A stretch of 64,000 bases of DNA from Geosiphon pyriformis uo1. Taxonomy: Eukaryota > Fungi > Glomeromycota. Both the position numbers and the translations under genes were made by a program. The DNA lies in NCBI GenBank assembly GCA_016748015.1, contig JAAOMT010000326.1, forward strand, positions 38,483 to 102,482, written 5' to 3'. Positions 41,315-52,173 of this stretch are shown in pieces. Numbering within the stretch: the first letter of the stretch is position 1; each line of letters starts with the position of its first letter. A model generated the notes under the pieces. That model did not search any database and was not told the DNA's origin. It worked only from the letters and a program-made list of their open reading frames with translations.

Positions 41315-44300
41315 GCGGCCACTTCAAACCAAATGGCACCACACCAGCTTCACTAATCAAATTTAAGAAAGAAAAAGAAAAACCTACTTGAGAAGCCTAT
41401 CAAATTTCATGGTCCAATAACAACCACAATGAACTACTACCAATTTCGACCTGGGAGGAAAAAAGAAAAAAAAAGAGCAGAAAAAGAAAGAAGAGTCAAC
41501 ACAAGTGACTACCTCTATATATATTCTATACACCACACTATCTCAAACAAATTATTGTTAACCCAAGCTCATATGTGTTGATTGTGGCAAAAAATTGTCT
41601 ACAATGGGCACATGTTGTGGCAATGACAAAGAATGACCAATGGCAATTAAATTTTACTGCTGTTCATGCATCCTTAAATGTTTTGGATAGCCCAAATAAC
41701 AAGGAAAATGAAATAACAAACCTTGTTTAGTATGTAAAACCATTTTATCTAACAAAAAAATATGGAATGACATTCCAAGGAGAAGAAAAACATGCAACAA
41801 ATCGTGTTAATACACAATTCTTATTAATGACTAAATACAAAAAAAAACTTCAATCAACAATGCTTAGAAGTGAGCACTATAACAATTGGAAGGGTACTCA
41901 TATGACAAACATGAAATCTGAAGAATAGTAAGTGCAAAAGCAAAAGGAGCTTTAACTAGTGAAATACTAAAAATCAAAAACAATCTACTTACCCTTTCTA
42001 AACCCAAATATATTGTAACTGTGGACATTTTTAATGACAGCAAAGACAATTTTAAGCAATTCTACAAACACTACCAGAACCTAGTGCCTACCAGAGAAGA
42101 ACAAAAACAATAGTTGGAACAGTTGAATACCTAATTATGCAAACATTGTTTGATTCCAAGCAACTTTAAATATTATGATAATTGTGATATTGTTTACAAT
42201 CCACCACCATGCATGATTTATATGATTTTCAAAGAAAAGAAACCAATTAGCAACTGTGCATCAAAATTGGAATTACAGTTCAATTCTGATTTAAACTCTG
42301 ACAATAATAATGACAACAATAGTTCTAGCTCAGTTTTAAATAGCAATAACAACAATGATGATTCAAACTCTAATTCAAACTCTAAACAATACATTACACT
42401 TTTTGATCTCTCCAAAGAACAGGAACTCAAATGGTTCAGTGATAATGATGAGAGCATCATGCCAGAATGAGTGTATAATACTAATACAGAATTTAATCTG
42501 AGATATCCTAGAAAAGAAGCCATTAAATTGGAACCACATTCACACACCTGTATTAATTTAAAGATAGCACTAAAAATTCCAGCTACAACAATAGTTTAAT
42601 TAGCATCAAGAAATAGTTTAGCAAAAAAAAAAATTAATATAAAAGAAGAAATAATTAATACAGGATATGTAGGAAATATTATTGCAATACTACAAAATGA
42701 CTCAAAAAAAGCCTATATTATAGAGCCAAATAAAAAGATAGCACAGATAATATTCTTGTTTCTAGTTAAAATAGCTCAGTTAATATCAGTAGGAAACAGG
42801 AAAGAATTAGGGATTATAGCTAGAGAAATAAGTGGATCAGATTCATAGGTAGAATAAATATACCAGTTAATATAGCAGAGAAAAAAGTTGTTAACAAGAA
42901 AAAAATTATTTCCACCTATCAAACAGTTTCCATTCTGCCATATGACCAGTATATGTTAACTATAGAGAGAAAAGTGAAGGATCAAGTATAGATATTTGAA
43001 GCAAAAGTAATTCTTTGTGAATCAGAAGAAATTGGGCTTACCAATCTTTACATACCAGCCAAAAGCCCCAAACACATTAAAATTCTTATCTACAACACAA
43101 CCAGAGATGTTATTGAAATACCAAAAGAAATCACCATTGGATATTTAAGTATCAAAGTTGAAAACCAACTACCAACCACTATTTTAGACTTTCTACAGCT
43201 TTGCAAATATGTGAATATTACATCACAAACCATTTACAGACAAAGTAAATATTATTTACTTTAATCAGAACAATTGAAACAGATAAACTTAAAAAATTTA
43301 GACCCACTACAATGAATGCAGCTCAAGATATTATTTAACAACTTTAATAATATTTTTGCCAATGAAAATAAATTTGGCCATATTGATATTATCTAGCATT
43401 AGATTAAGACTAGTAATGTGATGTCAATAAAACAATAAGCATACAGAGTACCACCAGCCAGCCATAAAATCATCCAACAGGAAATCAATTAGATGCTAAA
43501 CAATAAGTTAATTCAACTATCTATAAGTCTATAGTTATTACTAGTAGTACTAATCCATAAGAAGAATGGAAAAATTTGCTTTTGTGTAGATTATAGAAAA
43601 CTCAATGGTGTAACTTGTAGAGATAGCTACCCAATTTTATAGATCCAAAAGCTATTTGATGCTTTTAGAAGAAAAAAATGGTTCTCAACACTAGATTTAG
43701 ACAGTAGTTATTGGCAAGTAGCCATGAATTCAGCTGACAAAGAGAAAACTGTATTCACCACAAGAGAAAAAAACTTTGAATTTAAAATAATGCCATTTGG
43801 TTTGATGAATGTTCCAGCCATATTTCAATGGCTAATAGAAATTGTTTACACAAGATTGCTATAAAAATCAGTAATAGTCTACTTGAACAACACCAATGTA
43901 TTTTCAAAAACATTTGATGATCATCTATATCATCTTCAGCAAGTGTTTGAAAAATTGAAAAGAGTTGGACTGAAGTTAAATGCCACCAAGTGCTTCTTCA
44001 GAAAAACAGAATTAAAATTTTTGAGATATATTATAAGCAAAGATAGCATCAAAACAAATCCAGACAAAATTAAAATAGTTAAAAACTTTTTAGTGCTCAC
44101 CAACTTGACCAAACTATGAGCATTTTTGGGATTTGTGAGTTACTATTGCCATTTTATCAAAAACTTTTCTAAACTGGCTCAATCATTACACCAGCTCTAA
44201 GCAAAGTACACCAAGTATAAATGAACAAAAAACTAGCAAAAAGCTTTTAACATATTAAAAAAAAAGCTTATTCAAGCTTTAGTATTGATCTATCCAAATC

Positions 44301-44682
44301 ACAACAAACCATTTATTATCACCACCAATACATCAGATCAAGCATTGGGAGCAGTACTATCTCAGAGAGAACCAGATAGAAAAAAACATCTAGTAATATA
44401 TACCAGCCAAAGTTTGAGTCCAGCAGAAAAAAACTATAGAATATTAGCACTAAAACACTTAGCTATTTATTAGGTAGTCATGAAATAAAAAAATACTTAA
44501 GCCAGAAATTTAACATATACACTGATCACAAAGGATTGACATCAATCCAGAAACAAAAATTTGGAAATAACTGTCATGCCAAATAGAAAATAAAACTTTC
44601 ACTATTTAAATATACAATATATTATAAAAAGAGAAAAAAAAATAAAAATGCTGATGGTTTGTTGTGAATAAGACAAATTTAA
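41315..44682 (+). pseudogene. A2 ORF1 right part: Cys-rich, dUTPase, RT, RNase H
   Basis: Colinear with A3 54857-58377; FCVDYRKLN, MPFGL, YLNNTNV, NADGL. Confidence 0.9.
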
Positions 44683-44712
44683 GAACATTTCAAACCAAAA
44701 ATATAACAAAAG

Positions 44713-46770
44713 ATGAATATACAAAAATATTAACAACTCCAATATTATATAAATACTTAACAGTTTAAAGAGAAATTATTTTAAAAAGAATGAAACAACA
44801 TCAAACAACAATTTAAATATTTTATCACTTACCAAAATATACTTTATAGGAAGAACAAAAGAAATCTAGATCAACCAACCAAAGTAATTACAGAGCCAGA
44901 GAAAGAGGCAATATTGTTCAACATGTATTCAAATCCAATAGCAAAACATTTTTACAAAAAAACAACCATGGAAAGAGCCAAAAAACAATATTATTGGCCA
45001 TTAATGTACCCAGACATTATCTAATATATTTAAAATTGTGATGCTTGTCAGAGAAAAAAAGAAACAAAACCAAACAAACTATTAAGACCAATCAAAGTAG
45101 AACAACTATTTGATCAAATTAGAATTGATTTAGTTAGACTATAAACAATTACCAGCAGAGGCAACAGATATATTGCAGTAGCCATGAATTATCTTACTAA
45201 ATGGCCAGAAGCAAAAGCCATTCAAAGAACAGATACAGAATTTATTGCTGAATTCATTCATCAAGATCTGATTTGTTAATACAGATGTCTAAAAAAATTA
45301 CTATCTGACCAAGGAACTCACTTTGTAAATAGAACATTAACAGAATTAAGTCAAAGATTTGGAATTAAAAAACTATTATTATCACTATATTATTTACAAA
45401 CAAATGGCTTAGTTGAAAGATTCAATAGAATATTGTGTAAAGCAATTGCCAAAATTAGTTAAGAAAATCAAGACAAATAAGATTTGTTTATACCATCAGT
45501 ATTATTTGCTTATTAGACAATGAAACAAGACACTACACAAGCAACACCATTTGAATTAGTATATGATAGAACAGCAACATTACCAATAAAGATAGAAGTT
45601 AATACATATTCAATTAAACCAATAACAAAAGACAATTTACAAAAAATATTGTTAAAAAGAACATATGACTTAATAGAAACACTAGAAAACAAATAGTAAA
45701 AAGCAGCTGATAATATTTAAAAATTACAAAAAAAACAAAAAAAAAGACATGATAACCAATTACCAGATAAACCAATTGAATTCAAGATTGGAAATAAAGT
45801 ACTTTTATATTATATCAAAGTGGAAAAACAATAAAATAGAAAATTTGACCCCAAATGGGATAGACCATTTTACATAAAAGAAATTTTAGGAAATGAAGCT
45901 TATAAATTAAGATAAAACAACAAAATCTTAGCCAAAGCAGTATATGGTGATTGACTGAAATCATATTACCATATAGTATTATCATCTACTAATAATATTC
46001 CACAACTGAAAGTACAATGAATACTAGTCCAACCAGATGAAATTTCATGAAATCTAAAACCAATCATAATCATTGAACCAGACACATCAAATTGAACAAC
46101 CAAAAGAGTATATAAAAACATGATATACATAACAAAAACAACAAAAAAAATAGAAATACCAGACCATATTCACACTTTAACTTAACAATTGTTTCAGACC
46201 TTAAGTTAACAGCAATTAAACATAGAAATTGTCATCAATTACCAAACAATCTGTTATCAAAACACCAAACAAAAAGAGAAAAGTACATCATACCAGTCAC
46301 CACTGAAACAATCAATAAACTGGTCAGATAAAATAGTAAAGAAAATAAAAAAAACTTTTGGGAAAATAACCATCATGGTTCCAGCAGAAGAACTTTCAAA
46401 AGAAAATTGAAAACAATGAACAGAACAACTTCTAATATTATACTGCTACTATTAGTTGGAACAAAAGTTATATCTTGATAAATCCAAAAGGATATTTAAT
46501 TAAGAGATAATACAGAACATTGAAAACATTATTGGAAAAAAAACAAATCTAACACTACACATTAGAACAATCTATTGACTACATATGATATTTCAAAATT
46601 ATCCAAAAATATTGTTACACTCCAACATAGAGACAATCACTATTAACCAATAGAGAAAAATAAACAATACACAAATTAAAGAGATAAAAAACAAAGTTGA
46701 ACAAACAGTATTAAAAAAAGAAGTATTAAACCTAATTCAAAGTAAAGATTTTAATGGAGCTTAATATTAA
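44713..46770 (+). pseudogene. A2 ORF2: integrase plus C-terminal extension
   Basis: ATG 44713; CDAC, IDLV, LSDQG, NGLVERFN; ends DFNGA(Q)Y*. Confidence 0.9.
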
Positions 46771-46783
46771 AAAGAGAAGATAA

Positions 46784-47645
46784 TGTTACTTATAAAAAAA
46801 CATAAAAAGAAAATAATAGGAAAAACAGATAGACCAATAGAAGAATAATAGTTAGCACATAAGCACATTGCTTAAGCAATATGGAGCAATATCAGAAATT
46901 ACAGCACATTGCTTAACAATATAGAGCAATGTTAGAAAAATAGAGCATATTGCTTAGCAATATGAACATTGCTCAAGAAATTATAGCATATTGCTCAGAA
47001 ATATGAGCAATTTCATAGAACTTAAATTATGTATATATAGTAAGAGCATTAGAAACAGAAAAGACAGATCTTTCAGTTTAGATTTTATCTAAGCAACCCT
47101 TTACATTACAAATATCAATAAATAATTATTCACTATCTTAATTTACTTTCCACTATTAACACTTTATGTTAATAGTAATTTATATTTGATCATACTGGAC
47201 CAATAGCTCTTGATCATGACTATTGATGAGATATTAACTTACTATTATCTTGGCTTATTTCTTTATTGTTTTTATTTTCTTTTATTTTTCTTTATTTTAT
47301 TTTCTTTTGTTGTTGACTAATTGATTGAAAATTAAGCATTGAATTATTAATGTCAAAAATAGTCTGGTAAAAAACCCAGAAATAAGAATAAAATTATATA
47401 TATATTAATAGATAACTTACCAAAAAGGCATGACTGCTAGAATAAATCCAGCTACAAAACTGAAAAAAAAATTAGATGGAATTGCAATTTTAAGAAGCTA
47501 CTATAATCAACACTAAATTTCTGTTTATTGTACAAAGAACTTCACAACAAAACCTTCAGATATTACCAACATTAATATATATCAATTGAGCACCAAGTTA
47601 TGGGTTTGTTATTTGATTTAAGACCCTAAATAATTACTTGTAATA
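46784..47645 (+). repeat. 3' LTR of A2
   Basis: Follows the PPT; matches 17585-18427; followed by TSD atag. Confidence 0.95.
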
Positions 47646-47766
47646 ATAGTCTTAACTTTTGAGCTCTTAAGTGTTTGGTTGGTGTTTTTCTCATCAAAGA
47701 TAGCCCTATTACTATAATCAAAACTGGTTTCCTTAATCAAATACTCCTTTTTCATGTCCACATTAT
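47646..47766 (-). mobile_element. LINE-c ORF1 continuation (more 5' part), running into the N gap
   Basis: Reads ...DEKNTNQTLKSSKVKT and joins in frame to IKALKKLLDKINF at 17584 once A2 is removed. Confidence 0.75.
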
Positions 47767-49080
47767 NNNNNNNNNNNNNNNNNNNNNNNNNNNNNNNNNN
47801 NNNNNNNNNNNNNNNNNNNNNNNNNNNNNNNNNNNNNNNNNNNNNNNNNNNNNNNNNNNNNNNNNNNNNNNNNNNNNNNNNNNNNNNNNNNNNNNNNNNN
47901 NNNNNNNNNNNNNNNNNNNNNNNNNNNNNNNNNNNNNNNNNNNNNNNNNNNNNNNNNNNNNNNNNNNNNNNNNNNNNNNNNNNNNNNNNNNNNNNNNNNN
48001 NNNNNNNNNNNNNNNNNNNNNNNNNNNNNNNNNNNNNNNNNNNNNNNNNNNNNNNNNNNNNNNNNNNNNNNNNNNNNNNNNNNNNNNNNNNNNNNNNNNN
48101 NNNNNNNNNNNNNNNNNNNNNNNNNNNNNNNNNNNNNNNNNNNNNNNNNNNNNNNNNNNNNNNNNNNNNNNNNNNNNNNNNNNNNNNNNNNNNNNNNNNN
48201 NNNNNNNNNNNNNNNNNNNNNNNNNNNNNNNNNNNNNNNNNNNNNNNNNNNNNNNNNNNNNNNNNNNNNNNNNNNNNNNNNNNNNNNNNNNNNNNNNNNN
48301 NNNNNNNNNNNNNNNNNNNNNNNNNNNNNNNNNNNNNNNNNNNNNNNNNNNNNNNNNNNNNNNNNNNNNNNNNNNNNNNNNNNNNNNNNNNNNNNNNNNN
48401 NNNNNNNNNNNNNNNNNNNNNNNNNNNNNNNNNNNNNNNNNNNNNNNNNNNNNNNNNNNNNNNNNNNNNNNNNNNNNNNNNNNNNNNNNNNNNNNNNNNN
48501 NNNNNNNNNNNNNNNNNNNNNNNNNNNNNNNNNNNNNNNNNNNNNNNNNNNNNNNNNNNNNNNNNNNNNNNNNNNNNNNNNNNNNNNNNNNNNNNNNNNN
48601 NNNNNNNNNNNNNNNNNNNNNNNNNNNNNNNNNNNNNNNNNNNNNNNNNNNNNNNNNNNNNNNNNNNNNNNNNNNNNNNNNNNNNNNNNNNNNNNNNNNN
48701 NNNNNNNNNNNNNNNNNNNNNNNNNNNNNNNNNNNTATATAAAATTTTTATTAATTAAAAAATTTTTTTAAAAATATTTATGAAATTTTTTTGAAAATTA
48801 TAACTTAATTTAAATATATTTTTTGTTTTTCAAGATTATTATTTATTTGGATTTTTTTATTTTTAATTAATGTTAAAAAATAATATAAATCTAATAATTT
48901 TTTAACAATTTTTAACAAATTAATATTTAAAATAAAATTTTTTTAATAAAAACTTTTAGATTTAATTATTTAAAATTTAAAGCAATAAAATATAAAATAA
49001 AAAACTATTATTTTATTTGTATTTATTTTTTTAGTCTTAAAATATTTAATTAAAAATATAAAAAAATTTTACTTTTATTA

Positions 49081-51270
49081 TTTGTTTTTTTTTTGTTTTT
49101 TTTTGCATTTAATGAGTAAAGTCTAGATACTGCCTAGTACTATATATTACATTAATAATTTAAACTAGGTGCGAATCATGTATTTGCTATACATGACCAG
49201 CCACTCAGGCCAATTAAGACAACATTAGATATTTATATGAATAGAAATCATGTCCCCAATACCTAAAAAAAACAAACAAGACTTACAAAACCCAAAACTA
49301 ATACCAAATACATTGACAATACCCAATAACCTAATCACACCAACTAAAAGTACTACAGGAAAACCAGAAACTAAGACAGAAACAGAATCATCATGTAGAA
49401 TTAAGTCACTCTTTTCCATAATAGTTCAGTATTTGACACGCACTAGCCAAATATTATTCCAGAACACAAGACAAAATTTGTGCACAAAAAACACAATATT
49501 CTGAACTACAACTTTAGGATCCTTAAAAACAGAAACAGATTCATGATATCACTTATTGAAAACAAAGCCTTTATACAGAATTGTACCAACAACAATATTG
49601 AAAATACAAGTAGACAACAATTGCAAGACACAAAAAGAAGAGCAAAATAAACCCAAGCATACCTCCCAAGCAAATGTATGAATTTCTATCAACTGAGCAT
49701 AACCAGCAACATCAAAAGAGCAAGAAAAAACATAGTCTAAAACCTTAACATTACTGCAGAACAAATATATCACATTGGGGTAACACTTATTATAAAGTTG
49801 TTTATATACTACAACAAGAAGATGATGATGCAATGTTTTCATAAAATATGACTGAAAGCCAGTAGTGCATATATTGGTAAAACCAGCAGCCAAGTAAGAA
49901 TCAGAATGCTACACCAACAGAGATCTGAACCAATCAATATCAGCACACAGGCTATCTATCATGATCTGAGAACCAGAACCAATTTTCCAATATACATAGT
50001 GAATAGATCAAAAAATACCACAAACAAAATATCTAGAATTACTGGAAACTATCATATTATTGGCTTTAAGAAAATGTTTACTGACCATATGAGATAGACG
50101 CTTATCGAAGAAAGCATCAGCATGCTTATTGCTAAAGACACCAGAGTAATTTTTAATTTTAATTTAATTAACATCCAAATTTTTACAACAAATAACATTA
50201 GCAATATGGCAACATTTAACTCAACACTGATTTTTGAAATCCAGACAAGCCAACACAAACTCTGATTTGTATGCATCCAAAGCAATCTGGCTGTCTGAAA
50301 ATAAGTCAGCAGAATAAGAAAAAGAAATACACTTGAGAGCCAGAGCAATGGCCTGCAACTCTGCCATCATAGAAAAAACCAAACCAAAAACTCTCACACC
50401 CAGACCCAAATCAATGTCTTCAAAAAAAACAGCAGCACCAGCCACCATATCAGAAGTTCCCAGACCACTCAGAGATTCATCCATATATACAGAAAGACAA
50501 GCAGTATTAACATACAATAAATTAACCCCAACAACACCAAATTCATAAGACTAAAGAATATCAGAAGAGAAACAACCATTCAAAAATGAGGGACAAGCAA
50601 AAAGAGAAACTTTACTACCAAGAAAACAAACAGAAAGCTCAAACCAAACAAAAACAAGGCCATAAGAGTCCAATTACTTCCACTGCTTGAAGATTGTCCA
50701 ACTGAAAACAGCACCATGCTTGTCATACAGCTGGTTTACAAAAGTAACTTCATAATGTTGAAAAGAAGAGACATATTTAAAATAATTAGTTTTGCCAAGA
50801 ACAAAAGACATAGGAATACCACTCCAAAAATAAAAAACACTGGCCAGAGAGCCATTCAAAGACAAATTACATCCAGAAAAAATGCAGACCATATCAGCCA
50901 AAAAATTGTCTAAGAGGTTAACTCTTACACAAGCCGGAAATTGCAGAAGGTGGTGAAAATACCAGCTAAAAACCTGGAGATTATAAGACTTGTGAGAAAA
51001 TAACTGGCCCAAAATACTCAATAAATTCACAAAAAAAACAAAGAATGCTGACTTGCTTTCAGTCTGAATTTGTTCAAAAGTCTTTAAACCATACAAGGAA
51101 GGTTGATAGATTGTATCAGTAAAAAAATCAAGTAGGAGACCAAATCTAGACTTCAAGTCTTTGCAAATCAGAGCATCTTATTTACTACAAATACTAACAA
51201 GAACAAAACTGAATTGAATTTTATAATTGACAATAGGAAAAAAACTGCTGACACCAAATATGTAAACTGT
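49081..51270 (-). mobile_element. LINE-d 3' part: end of RT region, RNase H, CCHC, 3' UTR, poly(A) tail
   Basis: RNase H VYMDESL...MAELQAIALAL...FSDSQ (50221-50517); stop at 49225; T-rich tail 49081-49104 on plus. Confidence 0.92.
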
Positions 51271-52112
51271 TGTTACTCATAGAAATATAGGGAATAGAGA
51301 TTAGCATAGCCAATCAGAAGTAGACATAGTAAAATGTGGAATTCCAAGATTCTTTTCAAGAATTACAAGATTCCAGAAATTACAGAATTCTCACAAGGAA
51401 TCACAGGATTACAGAATTCCAGGATTCTTCTCAAAGGAATTGCAGGATTCCTGTTGTGGAGAATTGAGGAATTGAGGAATCTCAATTATATATATATAGC
51501 AGTAGGATTAGAAGCTGAAAAGACAGACCTCTCAGTTTAAATTTAATCTAAGCAATTCTCCAAATCACAATCATCTAATAAATAACTATTTGTTATCTCA
51601 AATCCATTTCCACTATTAACACTTCATGTTAATAGTAATTGACACTTAACCATACTGGAACAATAGCTCTTAATCATGGCTATTGATGAAATACTAACTT
51701 GCAAATTGCCTTGGCTTATTTCTTTTCTTTCTTTATTTTCTTTTCTTTTTTTATTTTCTTGCTTTGATTTTATTGTTGTTTACTAACTCTATTAAAGATT
51801 AATGCACGGGGCATTGACGTCAGGATAAATGTGACTGGTAAAAGACCCAGAAATAAGAGTAGAACACTCGATTAAGGATAGCTTACCAGGAGGAATACCG
51901 GCCATCAAGCTGAAAAAAAAATTGATGAAACTGTGGTTTTGGAAAGCTACGAATAAAACTATCACCATTGAATCTCTGTCTATTATACAAAGAACTCAAC
52001 CAAAACCTTCAAATAACAATACCTTCAGATATTACCAACAATATTATATTAATTGAGCACCAAGTTACAGGTTTGTTATTTGATTTGAGATCCCAAATAA
52101 TCAATTATAACA
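51271..52112 (+). repeat. 5' LTR of A3
   Basis: tgttac...tataaca; CCAAT ~51310, TATA run ~51487-51498, aataaa ~51577. Confidence 0.97.
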
Positions 52113-52114
52113 TT

Positions 52115-52132
52115 TGGTGCTCCCTGTAAGGT
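52115..52132 (+). promoter_or_regulatory. Primer binding site, tentatively tRNA-Ile(UAU)-like
   Basis: tggtgctccctgtaaggt 2 nt after the LTR; same motif in A1, A2, B1; tRNA identity rests on recalled GGAGCA-CCA 3' ends and is unchecked. Confidence 0.8.
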
Positions 52133-52173
52133 ATAATCTTACAGAAAACCAGTACCAACAACTCCATCCAAAA

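Larger units (their letters stand above)
17585..47645 (+). mobile_element. Ty3/gypsy-type element A2, full length, containing nested C1 and B1
   Basis: Paired LTRs; TSD atag at 17581-17584 and 47646-47649; PBS tttggtgctttctatgag; PPT aaaaagagaagataa 46769-46783; internal domains colinear with A3. Confidence 0.95.

Noticed and set aside
47675-48758. Long ORFs of 334-355 aa (also 13052-13652)
   Set aside because: Composed of N-gap codons
51335-51460. Heat-shock-element-like GAA/TTC array
   Set aside because: Period is about 9 nt and only isolated TTCnnGAA pairs occur, not three alternating pentamers
51815-51822. Perfect CRE palindrome tgacgtca
   Set aside because: Single 8-mer, decayed in the partner LTR; no independent support
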